64,000 bases of DNA from Bifidobacterium breve (GTDB taxonomy: Bacteria > Bacteroidota > Bacteroidia > Flavobacteriales > Flavobacteriaceae). The stretch covers positions 4,347 to 68,346 of the forward strand of contig CALPIE020000001.1 of assembly GCA_943323545.2 (NCBI GenBank), in the 5' to 3' direction. Position numbers and translations under genes: made by a program. Each line of letters opens with the position of its first letter. Position 1 is the first letter of the stretch. The notes beneath the pieces are model-generated. The model did not search any database. It had not been told where the DNA came from and was given only the letters and a program-made list of their open reading frames with translations. This document shows, piece by piece, positions 40,015 through 50,602 of this stretch.

Positions 40015-41127
40015 ATGAAAAAACTATTCTTTCTAATGGTGTTGTTTTCTCAATTTGTGAACTCTCAAGAGTTGGCATTGGTAAAAAAAGACGGAAAGTT
40101 TGGCTACATTTCTAAAACGGGAGATTTTGCAATTCAATCCAAATTTAAAGTGGCTAAAAATTTTTCTGAAGGTTTAGCAGCTGTAGAAGAAAATGAACGA
40201 TGGGGTTTTATCAATTCAAAAGGCGATTGGGCTATTCCAGCTACTTTTAATGAAGTGAAATATTTTAATAGTGGATTTTGCGTGGTTTTAAAAGATAAAA
40301 AATGGTTTTACATTAATAAAAAAGGAGAGACAGTAACTTCTCCCGATACCGAAAAAGTATTTGATTTTGAAGATGGAATTGCTTTTATTAAACAAAACGA
40401 TAAAATTGGTTTGATCAATACTAAAATGGCTGTTGTAGTAGAACCTAAATACGAAGTAATTAAATCGTTTGAAAACGGTTTTGCTCGAGTTAGAAATAAT
40501 GATCGTTGGGGAATTATTGACAATACAGGAAAAGTGATAGTCGATATTATCTACGACGAAATCGGAAACTATTTCAAAAACACAACTTGGGCAAAAAGTG
40601 GAACTGCTTTTGGTTTGGTCATCGCCGGAAAATTTAAAGCCATCGATGGAGTTGATAAAATATGGGATTTTCATACACAAGATCTTACCTATGCTAAAAA
40701 AAATGATAAAATTGGTTTTATCGACTTAAAAGGAAATTGGGCTATCGAACCAAAATTTGATAAAGCCAGAGCCTTTGTAAAAAATTTAGCGCCAGTTTAC
40801 GTTGGTAAAAAATGGGGTTACGTTAATTTGCAAGGGAAAATGATTATCGATCCAACCTATGAAGATGCAGAAATTTTCAGCAAAGAAGGTTTGGCACCAG
40901 TAAAAGATAAAAAATGGGGCTTTATAAATGAGTCAGGTAAAATGGTCATTCCTACACAATACGATATTTCGGCTGGCGGTGTTTTTGCACTTTTTAAAGA
41001 CGACGAAAAAGGTTTTGTAAACGGTTTAGCACGTGTTAAAAACGAAAAGAAATGGGGTTTTTTAAAGACCGACGGACAAGTTTTAGGTGCTCAATGGTTT
41101 GAGAATGCCGAATTGTTTCAGAAATAA
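40015..41127 (+). CDS. WG repeat-containing exported protein
   Basis: Repeated F.EGLA.V....KWGFI...G units; signal peptide. Confidence 0.9.
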   Translation: MKKLFFLMVLFSQFVNSQELALVKKDGKFGYISKTGDFAIQSKFKVAKNFSEGLAAVEENERWGFINSKGDWAIPATFNEVKYFNSGFCVVLKDKKWFYINKKGETVTSPDTEKVFDFEDGIAFIKQNDKIGLINTKMAVVVEPKYEVIKSFENGFARVRNNDRWGIIDNTGKVIVDIIYDEIGNYFKNTTWAKSGTAFGLVIAGKFKAIDGVDKIWDFHTQDLTYAKKNDKIGFIDLKGNWAIEPKFDKARAFVKNLAPVYVGKKWGYVNLQGKMIIDPTYEDAEIFSKEGLAPVKDKKWGFINESGKMVIPTQYDISAGGVFALFKDDEKGFVNGLARVKNEKKWGFLKTDGQVLGAQWFENAELFQK

Positions 41128-41239
41128 AAAATAAGTAATTTATCGTATTGCACCGTTATTTTCAAAAGTGTTTTTTTGAATTAAAAAGGGAACTTTTCCA
41201 AGCATTCGCAACACGAAATAAATCAATAATCCAATAGTT

Positions 41240-41971
41240 ATGAAATATGCATTGGTTACAGGAGGTTCAAGAGGAATCGGAAGTGCGATTTGTAAAAAAT
41301 TAGCAGTAGATACCGACTATCATATTTTAATTAATTACCAATTCAATAGTGAAGCTGCCGAACAAACAAAAAGTGAAGTTATGGCTCTTGGTGCTTCAGC
41401 CGAAATCATTCAGTTTAACGTGGCTGATTTTGAAGAGGTAAAGTCGGCATTAACAAAATGGCAAGAAGCCAATCCAGAAGCGATTGTAGAAGTAATTGTA
41501 AACAACGCCGGAATCACACGCGACGGACTTTTTATGTGGATGACTCCCGAAGATTGGAGCAATGTAGTAAACACCAGTTTGAACGGGTTTTTCAACGTAA
41601 CCAATTTCTTCATCCAAAAAATGTTACGAAATAAATACGGCCGCATCGTGAATATGGTATCTGTTTCAGGAGTGAAAGGAACAGCTGGTCAAACTAATTA
41701 TTCGGCTGCAAAAGGAGCTGTTGTAGCAGCCACCAAAGCATTAGCACAAGAAGTTGCTAAACGAAATATAACGGTAAACGCTGTAGCTCCTGGTTTTATC
41801 AAAACCGATATGACCAATCAATTAGACGAAAAAGAATTAATTAAAATGGTTCCAGTTAATCGTTTTGGAGAAGCCGAAGAAGTAGCCGATTTAGTGAGTT
41901 TTCTGGTGTCAAGAAAAGCAAGCTATATTACAGGCGAAATCATCAATATTAATGGAGGAATTTATTCCTAA
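41240..41971 (+). CDS. fabG: 3-oxoacyl-ACP reductase
   Basis: TGGSRGIG, NNAG, YSAAK, NAVAPGFI. Confidence 0.92.
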   Translation: MKYALVTGGSRGIGSAICKKLAVDTDYHILINYQFNSEAAEQTKSEVMALGASAEIIQFNVADFEEVKSALTKWQEANPEAIVEVIVNNAGITRDGLFMWMTPEDWSNVVNTSLNGFFNVTNFFIQKMLRNKYGRIVNMVSVSGVKGTAGQTNYSAAKGAVVAATKALAQEVAKRNITVNAVAPGFIKTDMTNQLDEKELIKMVPVNRFGEAEEVADLVSFLVSRKASYITGEIININGGIYS

Positions 41972-41987
41972 TAAAAAATTGTAGATA

Positions 41988-43214
41988 ATGAATAATAGAG
42001 TTGTCATTACCGGAATGGGAATTTATTCTTGTATAGGAACTTCATTAGACGAAGTGAAAGAATCATTATATAATGGTAAATCTGGTATTACAATTGACCC
42101 AGAGCGCAAAGAATTCGGATTTCAATCGGCATTAACAGGAATGGTTCCGAAGCCAGATTTAAAAGAATTGCTCAACAGAAGACAAAGAATAAGCGTAGGA
42201 GAAGAAACCGAGTACGCCTATATGGCAACAATTGAAGCATTAAAAAAAGCCAATATTGACGACACTTTTTTCGACGAAAATGAAGTCGGAATAATGTATG
42301 GAAACGACAGTGTTTCTAAAGCAATCATCGAAGCTACAGATATAATAAGAGACAAAAAAGATACTTCTCTAATAGGTTCAGGAGCCATTTTCAAATCGAT
42401 GAACTCAACTGTCACAATGAATCTTTCTACAATTTTTAAGTTAAGAGGGATTAATCTTACTATAAGCGCAGCTTGTGCTAGCGGTTCACATTCTATCGGA
42501 TTGGCTTATTTTTTAATAAAAAGCGGATTTCAAAAAATGATTATTTGTGGTGGAGCACAAGAAATTAATAAATATGCCATGAGTAGTTTTGATGGATTAG
42601 GTGTTTTTTCTCCAAGAGAATATGAGCCCTCAAAAGCATCAAGACCTTTCGATTCAGCTCGCGACGGATTGGTGCCAAGTGGTGGAGGTGCCACTTTAAT
42701 ATTAGAAAGTTACGAGTCAGCTAAAGAAAGAGGCGCTACTATAATTGCTGAGGTTGTTGGTTACGGATTTTCTTCTAATGGCGGCCATATTTCTACGCCT
42801 AATGTTGAAGGCCCAGCAACTGCAATGAAGCGTGCATTAAACGAAGCAAATGTAAAACCAAATGAAATAGATTATATAAATGCACATGCTACTTCAACCC
42901 CTGTTGGAGACTCAAATGAAGCAAAAGCTATTTTTGAAGTTTTTGGAGAAAGCAATCCGTATGTAAGCTCTACTAAGTCAATGACAGGACATGAGTGTTG
43001 GATGGCTGGCGCCAGTGAAGTGATATATTCGATACTTATGATGCAAAATGATTTTATCGCACCAAATATCAATTTAGAAAACCCAGATGAAGATTCTGCA
43101 AAATTAAATTTGGTTAAAACTACGTTAAATAAAAAAATTGATATATTTTTGTCGAATTCCTTTGGATTTGGCGGAACAAATTCCGCATTAGTTATTAAAA
43201 AGTTTAAAGAATGA
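41988..43214 (+). CDS. Beta-ketoacyl-ACP synthase (FabB-like)
   Basis: SAACASG, NAHATST, KSMTGH, SNSFGFGG. Confidence 0.93.
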   Translation: MNNRVVITGMGIYSCIGTSLDEVKESLYNGKSGITIDPERKEFGFQSALTGMVPKPDLKELLNRRQRISVGEETEYAYMATIEALKKANIDDTFFDENEVGIMYGNDSVSKAIIEATDIIRDKKDTSLIGSGAIFKSMNSTVTMNLSTIFKLRGINLTISAACASGSHSIGLAYFLIKSGFQKMIICGGAQEINKYAMSSFDGLGVFSPREYEPSKASRPFDSARDGLVPSGGGATLILESYESAKERGATIIAEVVGYGFSSNGGHISTPNVEGPATAMKRALNEANVKPNEIDYINAHATSTPVGDSNEAKAIFEVFGESNPYVSSTKSMTGHECWMAGASEVIYSILMMQNDFIAPNINLENPDEDSAKLNLVKTTLNKKIDIFLSNSFGFGGTNSALVIKKFKE

Positions 43215-43468
43215 TGAGTAAAGACGAAATAATTGAGAGAATGATTGACTTCATGGTTGATGAATTTGAAGTTGATGCCGAGACCATCCAACCAGAAGCT
43301 AATTTAAAGGACACCCTTGGATTAGACAGTTTGGATTATGTTGATTTGGTAGTTTCTATCGACGCTAATTTCGGCGTAAAATTGGTAGAAGCTGATTTTG
43401 TTGGAATTGCATCATTCCAAAGTTTTTACGACTTGATTGAAAACAAGCTCAAACTTAAAGTTGCCTAA
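43211..43468 (+). CDS. Acyl carrier protein
   Basis: LGLDSLD phosphopantetheine site. Confidence 0.92.
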   Translation: MMSKDEIIERMIDFMVDEFEVDAETIQPEANLKDTLGLDSLDYVDLVVSIDANFGVKLVEADFVGIASFQSFYDLIENKLKLKVA

Positions 43469-44349
43469 TGGCAAAATGGGATGGCAAATCAAGAGGAACG
43501 GTATTAGGATATAGAATTTTCGTTTTTTTTATAAAAAAGGCGGGAATAAAAACCGCATACTTTATTCTATATTTTGTTGCCGCTTATTACTTTCTTTTTC
43601 TTAAAAAGAGCAATCGTGCCATTTTTTATTACTTCCACAAACGCTTGGGTTATTCGTATTTCAAATCGAAAAGAATGGTTTATAAAAGCTATTACACTTT
43701 TGGACAAACCATTTTGGATAAAGTTTCGATTGCTGCAGGAATGCGTAATAAATTCACCTACGAATTTGACGGAGTAGAAAAATTAATAAAATTATTAGAA
43801 GCTAAAAAAGGAGGCGTACTCATTAGCGCTCACATAGGAAATTTCGAAATAGCCGAACATTTTTTTAGCGAAATAGATGTCGATTTTCAGATTAATCTAG
43901 TTACCACCGATTCAGAACATTCGGCAATTAAAAATTATCTCGAAAAGATTTCAAAAAAATCAACAATAAAATTTATTTTTATTAAAGACGATTTATCTCA
44001 TATTTTTGAGATAAACGCCGCTTTGGCTCGAAATGAATTGGTTTGTTTTACTGGAGACAGGTATTTTGAGGGAGTAAAATCATTGCAAGAAGTATTTCTC
44101 GGTGAAACTGCCAACTTCCCATCTGGTCCATTCCTTATTGCCTCTCGTTTAAAAGTCCCCGTGGTTTTTGTTTATGTAATGAAAGAACCTAACTTGCATT
44201 ATCATTTGTATACACGAGAAGCTCACGTCACCCATCGCGACGAAAAAGCATTGCTAAAGGGCTACACAGAAAGTGTGGAATCGATGTTAAAAAAATACCC
44301 GCTACAATGGTTCAATTATTTCGATTTTTGGGACAAATTTAAAGAGTAA
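43468..44349 (+). CDS. LpxL/lipid A biosynthesis-like acyltransferase
   Basis: SAHIGNFE, GDR, YPLQWFNYFDFW. Confidence 0.88.
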   Translation: MAKWDGKSRGTVLGYRIFVFFIKKAGIKTAYFILYFVAAYYFLFLKKSNRAIFYYFHKRLGYSYFKSKRMVYKSYYTFGQTILDKVSIAAGMRNKFTYEFDGVEKLIKLLEAKKGGVLISAHIGNFEIAEHFFSEIDVDFQINLVTTDSEHSAIKNYLEKISKKSTIKFIFIKDDLSHIFEINAALARNELVCFTGDRYFEGVKSLQEVFLGETANFPSGPFLIASRLKVPVVFVYVMKEPNLHYHLYTREAHVTHRDEKALLKGYTESVESMLKKYPLQWFNYFDFWDKFKE

Positions 44350-44413
44350 ACAATAATTAAAACTATCATACACTTTCCAGTTATTTGTATTTTAGTCCAA
44401 CACAAAAATAAGT

Positions 44414-46072
44414 ATGGAAGAATTTGATGCAATAATTATTGGTTCAGGTGTTGGTGGCTTGGCGACTGCCATTTGTTTAGCGAGAGCTGGAAAAAAAGTA
44501 GTGGTTCTCGAACAACATTATGTGCCTGGCGGATGGAGCCATAGTTTTACGCTTAACGGACATCGTTTTAGTCCGGGAGTTCATTATGTTGGACTTATAG
44601 ATGAAGGTGATTCGACAAATGAAATGTACCGAGGATTGGGAATTGCCAACGATATGGTTTTCTTCCGGATGAATCCAAATGGCTACGAGCATTGTTTAAT
44701 CGATAAAGAAACTATTGATTTACCGGCTGGAATTGAAAACTTAAAAAAAGCGCTTACAACGCGTTTCCCTAAAGAAGAAAAGAACATCAATGAATACGTT
44801 TCTCTTGTAGAAAAAGTAAATTACGAATTACAACTCATGCCAAAATTGAAAGGTTGGTGGCAAAAAATAACGGTTCCTTTTAGAACCAAACATTTCGGAA
44901 AATTTACGCTTTTCCCACTCAAAAAAGTCATTGGCTGGCACATCAAAGATGAATTGCTGAAAACGGTTTTAAATATTCAATGTGGCGATCACGGATTATC
45001 ACCCAACAGAGCTTGTTTCCCAGTGCATTGCTCTGTGATGAGTCACTATTTTAACGGCGGTTTTTATCCCATGGGCGGCGGTGGCGGTATAGTAAAAGCA
45101 ATGACTAATGGTGTAAAAAGAAATGGTGGAGAAGTACGGGTAAAACAAGATGTCGAAAAAATCCTTATCGAAAATAATAAAGCAATCGGTGTACAACTGA
45201 AAGATGGTCAAAAACTGTTTGCTAAAACTATTGTTTCCAACGCCGATCCATCTATAACCTATTTGAATCTGGTCGGAAAAGAAAATTTAAGCAAAAAATT
45301 AATCGCCAAATTAGCCAAAACAAAATATTCAGTTACTTCCTTAATTTTGTTTCTAACTTTGGATATGGATGTCACACAACATGGCATCGATTCGGGAAAC
45401 GTATGGATGTTAAAAGACGAAAATCTCGACGCTCATTTCGAAGATTTAATGGTTGGCGATATTGCCGGAGGAGAAGAATTTCCTGCACTTTTCATGAGTT
45501 GTACTACACTTAAAGATCCCGTTAGTTTTAATGGAAGGCATCACAACTTTGAAATTGTAACGTACATCAACTACGATAATTTACCACACTTTAGTAATGA
45601 AAATGACTACCATTCTGAAGACTACAAAGTATTCAAAGAAAAGGTGATTGCAAAGTTTTTGAACAATCTTGAAAAAATTATTCCAGGAGCGAAACAACAT
45701 ATTGTTCAAGCCGAACTAGGAACTCCGAAAACCAACGAATTTTACGTTAATTCAACAAAAGGGAATGTATATGGTACTGAGAAAACCTTGAGTCAAGTCG
45801 GGCCATTTTCCTTTAAAAATAAATCAGAAATCGAAAATTTATATCTTTGTGGCGCTAGCACACTGTCGCATGGTGTAGGCGGAGCGACACATTCTGGAGT
45901 TGCGGCAGCGTCCTTAATTTTAAATTGCGATAGATCCGACTTGTTAATTGAAGATGCCAATCAAAAAATCCGAATTTACGACGCTGAAGATCAAACCACT
46001 TGGCCCGATTGGGTTCATGTGAAACGATCGGATAAAGTCAGAAAATTTAAAGAAATACAAACGAATTCCTAA
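44414..46072 (+). CDS. Phytoene desaturase-like NAD(P)/FAD-dependent oxidoreductase
   Basis: IIGSGVGG, LEQH..PGG, YPMGG, ENLYLCG..HGVGG. Confidence 0.8.
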   Translation: MEEFDAIIIGSGVGGLATAICLARAGKKVVVLEQHYVPGGWSHSFTLNGHRFSPGVHYVGLIDEGDSTNEMYRGLGIANDMVFFRMNPNGYEHCLIDKETIDLPAGIENLKKALTTRFPKEEKNINEYVSLVEKVNYELQLMPKLKGWWQKITVPFRTKHFGKFTLFPLKKVIGWHIKDELLKTVLNIQCGDHGLSPNRACFPVHCSVMSHYFNGGFYPMGGGGGIVKAMTNGVKRNGGEVRVKQDVEKILIENNKAIGVQLKDGQKLFAKTIVSNADPSITYLNLVGKENLSKKLIAKLAKTKYSVTSLILFLTLDMDVTQHGIDSGNVWMLKDENLDAHFEDLMVGDIAGGEEFPALFMSCTTLKDPVSFNGRHHNFEIVTYINYDNLPHFSNENDYHSEDYKVFKEKVIAKFLNNLEKIIPGAKQHIVQAELGTPKTNEFYVNSTKGNVYGTEKTLSQVGPFSFKNKSEIENLYLCGASTLSHGVGGATHSGVAAASLILNCDRSDLLIEDANQKIRIYDAEDQTTWPDWVHVKRSDKVRKFKEIQTNS

Positions 46073-46199
46073 AAATTTCAATTAAATTTGAAATTCAAAA
46101 ATCTTTATATCAAATCGCTAACAATAAAATAGTTTTTGTAAAAAAACCTACTATAAAAGCGATTCCAAATGACCAATAAAGAGCAATAAAAATATTCTT

Positions 46200-47102
46200 A
46201 TGAAAAGCGTTCTGGTTATTTATTATTCGCAATCGGGACAACTCGAATCTATTGCAAGAAACATTGCCAAACCATTAGTAAATTCTGATGAAATTCAAGT
46301 TACTTTTCACGAAATTCTATTAGAAAAACCATTCCCATTTCCATGGAATAAAGAAGCATTTTTTGATGCTTTTCCGGAATCGTTTTTACAAATTCCGACA
46401 CAAATAAAACCAATCCCACAGCACATTCTAAACACTAAATATGATTTGATTTTATTACATTATCAAGTTTGGTATTTATCGCCATCCATCCCTATAAATT
46501 CCTTTTTAAAATCGCCTGAAGCGAAAACAATTATAGAAAATACACCAGTAATAACTATTAATGGCTCTCGAAACATGTGGGTAATGGCACAGGAAAAAGT
46601 AAAAATGTTGTTACAGAATAACAATGCAAAATTGGTAGGAAATATTGCTTTAGTAGATAGAGCGCCGAATCTAATAAGCGTAATAACGATTGTAGAATGG
46701 ATGTTTTCGGGTGTGAAAAAGAACTATTTAGGTATTTTTCCATTGCCTGGCGTTTCCAAAAAAGACATCAACGAAGCATCAAAATTCGGAGAAGTGATTC
46801 AATTCAATTTGATTAATAATTCTTTAGAAAAACTACAATTGCAGCTAGTTAATATAGGAGCAGTTAGAATAAGCTCTTACTTGGTTAAAGTGGATAAAAC
46901 TGCAAATAAGATTTTTTCTAAATGGTCCAACTTTATAATAACAAAGAAAAAATCAAGAAAAAATTGGCTAAAAATGTTTAATCTTTATTTGTTGCTCGCA
47001 ATTTGGTTAATTTCGCCAATTGTATATATATTGCACGTTTTTATGTATCCTCTTAAGAAAAATAAAATAAAACGAGAAGCCCAATATTATCAAGGGGTTT
47101 AG
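46200..47102 (+). CDS. darA: Dialkylresorcinol condensing enzyme
   Basis: YYSQSGQL, FPFPW..FFDAFPES, YQVWYLSPS, RNMWVMAQ. Confidence 0.9.
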   Translation: MKSVLVIYYSQSGQLESIARNIAKPLVNSDEIQVTFHEILLEKPFPFPWNKEAFFDAFPESFLQIPTQIKPIPQHILNTKYDLILLHYQVWYLSPSIPINSFLKSPEAKTIIENTPVITINGSRNMWVMAQEKVKMLLQNNNAKLVGNIALVDRAPNLISVITIVEWMFSGVKKNYLGIFPLPGVSKKDINEASKFGEVIQFNLINNSLEKLQLQLVNIGAVRISSYLVKVDKTANKIFSKWSNFIITKKKSRKNWLKMFNLYLLLAIWLISPIVYILHVFMYPLKKNKIKREAQYYQGV

Positions 47103-47118
47103 AAGATTAAACAGAAAT

Positions 47119-48252
47119 ATGTTTGAAGTATTTATAACAAAAACCGGAAAATATTTACCTAATGAAGCCATTTTTAATGATGAAATGGAAGATTATTTGG
47201 GACTTATTAATGAAACAACATCAAAAGCAAGAAGGATAATCCTAAGAAATAACAAAATTGTTAGTCGCTACTATGCGATTGATAAAAAAGGAAATAGCAC
47301 ACATAATAACGCCGAATTAACCAAAAATGCCATCGAACAATTGTACGACGAAAGTTTTACAGCTCAAGATATGGAATTGCTTTCGTGTGGAACTTCTACA
47401 CCAGATAATTTACTCCCTTCCCACGCTGCAATGGTGCATGGATTATTGAAAAATAAATCAGTCGAACTAAATTCTTCTTCTGGAGTATGTTGCGCAGGTA
47501 TGAATTCTCTTAAATTTGGCTATTTATCTATAAAAGCTGGAAATACTAAAAACGCAGTTTGCACAGGCTCAGACAAAATTTCTAGTTGGTTAATGTCAGA
47601 CAAATACGAACAAGAAATTGTCAATTTAAAAAATTTAGAAGAACAACCCATCGTGGCTTTCAAAAAAGATTTTTTACGTTGGATGCTGTCCGATGGAGCA
47701 GGCGCTTTTTTATTAGAAAATAAACCTAAAGGGCCAATTTCTCTTAGAATAGATTGGATGGAAGCTTATTCTTATGCCTATGAAATTGAAGCTTGTATGT
47801 ATGCAGGCGGAGATAAATTAGAAAATGGCGATATCAAACCTTGGAGCGATTACCATCCAGATCAATGGTTAAAAGAATCCATTTTTGCAATCAAACAAGA
47901 CGTAAAATTATTAGACGCATTTATTTTAAATAAAGGTGCTGAGAGTATGACCGACGCTTTAAATAAAAATGGAATCACTTCCGACCAAATCGATTATTTT
48001 TTACCACATGTTTCTTCTCACTTTTTTGTGGAAGGCCTAAAAAAAGCATTTCACAAAAAAGGAATTGATATCCCAAATGAAAAATGGTTTATGAACTTGG
48101 CACGAGTTGGAAACGTTGGAGCGGCATCAATTTACCTTGCTTTAGATGAATTGATGACTTCCGGAAAATTAAAAAAAGGCGATAAAATTTTATTATCAGT
48201 TCCTGAAAGCGGAAGATTTTCTTATGCCTACGCTTATTTAACTGTTTGTTAA
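47119..48252 (+). CDS. darB: Beta-ketoacyl-ACP synthase III (DarB/StlD family)
   Basis: GVCCAG, FLRWMLSDGAGA, PH.SS, GNVGAAS, VPESGRFS; directly after darA. Confidence 0.88.
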   Translation: MFEVFITKTGKYLPNEAIFNDEMEDYLGLINETTSKARRIILRNNKIVSRYYAIDKKGNSTHNNAELTKNAIEQLYDESFTAQDMELLSCGTSTPDNLLPSHAAMVHGLLKNKSVELNSSSGVCCAGMNSLKFGYLSIKAGNTKNAVCTGSDKISSWLMSDKYEQEIVNLKNLEEQPIVAFKKDFLRWMLSDGAGAFLLENKPKGPISLRIDWMEAYSYAYEIEACMYAGGDKLENGDIKPWSDYHPDQWLKESIFAIKQDVKLLDAFILNKGAESMTDALNKNGITSDQIDYFLPHVSSHFFVEGLKKAFHKKGIDIPNEKWFMNLARVGNVGAASIYLALDELMTSGKLKKGDKILLSVPESGRFSYAYAYLTVC

Positions 48253-48257
48253 AAAGT

Positions 48258-48692
48258 ATGGAAACAACAATCCCAATCTTTGATACCTCGTTTGTTGAAA
48301 ATTTAATTCCACAAAAATTTCCTTTTGTAATGGTGGATAAAATGTATGCATATACTGAAACTTCAATTGTATCAGGTTTAAAAATCAAAAACAATAATAT
48401 TTTTTTTAGAGATGAAAATTTGGCGGAATCGGGATTAATTGAACACATGGCGCAATCAGTTGCTTTACACACAGGTTATCAGTTTTTTTTAAAGAATGAA
48501 CAAGCGCCGACTGGATATATTGGTTCAATCAAGGAAATTGAAATCAAAAAACTTCCGAAACTAAACGATGAAATTATTACAACAGTATCTATTCTTCATG
48601 AGTTTGGCGGAATAACATTGGTTGATATTGTTACCAAACTTAATGATATTGAAATTGCTGCAGGTCAGATGAAAACAATTTTAGCTAAATAA
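48258..48692 (+). CDS. Hotdog-fold 3-hydroxyacyl-ACP dehydratase-like protein
   Basis: LIPQKFPFVMVD, GLIEHMAQS. Confidence 0.82.
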   Translation: METTIPIFDTSFVENLIPQKFPFVMVDKMYAYTETSIVSGLKIKNNNIFFRDENLAESGLIEHMAQSVALHTGYQFFLKNEQAPTGYIGSIKEIEIKKLPKLNDEIITTVSILHEFGGITLVDIVTKLNDIEIAAGQMKTILAK

Positions 48693-48694
48693 AA

Positions 48695-49162
48695 ATGGAT
48701 AAAACCATCGATATTAAACATTTTTTACCGCATCAACCGCCGATGTTGATGGTTGATAAATTTATTGATATTGATGATCAACAAGTTGAAACCATTTTTG
48801 AAATAAAAGCGGATAATATTTTTGTTAATAATGAAGCATTTGCAGAAGTCGGATTGGTAGAAAACGCAGCTCAAACTTGTTCTTCAATTGTGGCACAGAG
48901 TTATTTCCTCGACGAAAATCACCAACAAAAAAACAATGTAAATGTTATCGGATTTATTAGCGCTATTAAATCTGTAAAAATTCACTCGTTACCTAAAGTT
49001 GGAGCTACAATAACTACTAAAGCGAATTTAATATCCAAATTTATTACCGACGACTACAGTTTGTGTACGTTAACTTGTAAAACATATAATAATCAAGCTA
49101 TAATTTTAGAAGGTGAAATTAATTTGTTTATTCAAGAAGTCAAAAAGGGTTGCAACAGCTAA
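48695..49162 (+). CDS. Hotdog-fold 3-hydroxyacyl-ACP dehydratase-like protein
   Basis: LPHQPPMLMVD, GLVENAAQT. Confidence 0.82.
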   Translation: MDKTIDIKHFLPHQPPMLMVDKFIDIDDQQVETIFEIKADNIFVNNEAFAEVGLVENAAQTCSSIVAQSYFLDENHQQKNNVNVIGFISAIKSVKIHSLPKVGATITTKANLISKFITDDYSLCTLTCKTYNNQAIILEGEINLFIQEVKKGCNS

Positions 49163-49194
49163 ATAATATACTTTACTTTTAAATCGGAAATCAA

Positions 49195-49599
49195 ATGAAA
49201 AAAGAGGAAGTACCGCAAGACAAAAGCAACCTTTCAAAAAGCAGCATTAAAGAATTGATTTATGCTACCGACGAAAATGGTAATTATACAACTGCACTCA
49301 GCTCAGGTTGGGAACCAAAAACCATAGCACTTTCAAACTCTATTGATGAAATTAACGAGCGAATCGCTTTCGCCAAGCTGCAAGTTACCATCGGAGAAGT
49401 GAGTCCGATTGTTTATTTTATGGAAGTAAACAAAATGGATGTTGGCATTCTTGCAAGTTATGTAGGTAAATGGAAATGGCAAGTCAAAAGACATTTCAAA
49501 CCTAATGTTTTCAAAAAATTAAACGATACAATGCTTAAGAAATACGCCGATGCATTTAACATATCAGTAGTAGCATTAAGAAATTATAATCCCCAATAA
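49195..49599 (+). CDS. Conserved hypothetical protein of flexirubin clusters
   Basis: MKKEEVPQD, SSGWEPK, SPIVYFME, WQVKRHFKP. Confidence 0.75.
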   Translation: MKKEEVPQDKSNLSKSSIKELIYATDENGNYTTALSSGWEPKTIALSNSIDEINERIAFAKLQVTIGEVSPIVYFMEVNKMDVGILASYVGKWKWQVKRHFKPNVFKKLNDTMLKKYADAFNISVVALRNYNPQ

Positions 49600-50597
49600 T
49601 GGAAACCAAATTCACACATCACCAATCGGCGCATTGCGAAAATGGTGTAGCTTCCAATTTGTTAAAGCACAATGGTTTGAAAATAAGTGAGCCGATGGTT
49701 TTCGGAATTGGCTCCGGACTATTCTTTGTTTACTTACCCTTTTTAAAAGTCAATTTTGCGCCTGCAATAAGTTACCGCCCGATGCCCGGAATTATCTTTA
49801 ATCGATTGGCGAAACGTCTTGGTTTGAAAATTAAAAGAATTAAATTTTCCAACGAAAGCAGTGCCGTAAAAGCATTGGATGAGAATTTAAAAAATAATAT
49901 TCCAACCGGTTTGCAAGTCGGCGTTTTTAACTTAACGTATTTTCCAGATGAATATCGTTTTCATTTCAATGCCCATAATTTAGTCGTTTACGGAAAAACC
50001 GATACCCACTATCTTATCAGTGACCCTGTTATGGAAAACGCAACCACATTAACACACGCCGAACTCAATAAAGTGCGTTTTGCTAAAGGTGCTTTTGCGC
50101 CAAGAGGGCAGATGTATTATCCAATTCATATTCCAGAACATATCGATTTGAAGAAAGCAATTCTTAAAGGAATAAAAAATACATGTCGCGATATGTTGGC
50201 TCCAGCACCCATTATCGGAGTTCGCGGAATTCGATTAGTGGCTAGAATGATAAAAAAATGGCCAGCCAAACACGGAACTAAAAAAGCCAATCATTACCTG
50301 GCTCAAATTGTCAGAATGCAAGAAGAAATTGGAACGGGTGGTGGTGGATTCCGATTTATATATGCTGCTTTTTTACAAGAAGCGGCAGTCATTTTAGGAA
50401 ATGAAAAACTTAAAGAATTGGCCGCCGAAATGACGATTATCGGAGATGCATGGCGCGATTTTGCTGTCAATGCCTCTCGAATATATAAAAATAGAAGCAC
50501 ACAAGAAGACGCTTACAATACTGTTGCCGATGAATTGTTGGCAATTGCCGACAAAGAAGAAGCATTTTTCAAAAAATTAAAATTGGCGATTAGCTAA
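49599..50597 (+). CDS. BtrH N-terminal domain / papain-like peptidase family protein
   Basis: AHCENG, HFNAH, QEEIGTGGGGFR. Confidence 0.8.
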   Translation: METKFTHHQSAHCENGVASNLLKHNGLKISEPMVFGIGSGLFFVYLPFLKVNFAPAISYRPMPGIIFNRLAKRLGLKIKRIKFSNESSAVKALDENLKNNIPTGLQVGVFNLTYFPDEYRFHFNAHNLVVYGKTDTHYLISDPVMENATTLTHAELNKVRFAKGAFAPRGQMYYPIHIPEHIDLKKAILKGIKNTCRDMLAPAPIIGVRGIRLVARMIKKWPAKHGTKKANHYLAQIVRMQEEIGTGGGGFRFIYAAFLQEAAVILGNEKLKELAAEMTIIGDAWRDFAVNASRIYKNRSTQEDAYNTVADELLAIADKEEAFFKKLKLAIS

Positions 50598-50602
50598 ATT
50601 AT

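Noticed and set aside
40015-41127. WG-repeat protein as a novel insertion
   Set aside because: Common Bacteroidota repeat family; nothing in the sequence marks it as a recent insertion.
44414-46072. Carotenoid biosynthesis gene crtI
   Set aside because: No crtB/crtY nearby; the context is a flexirubin cluster.
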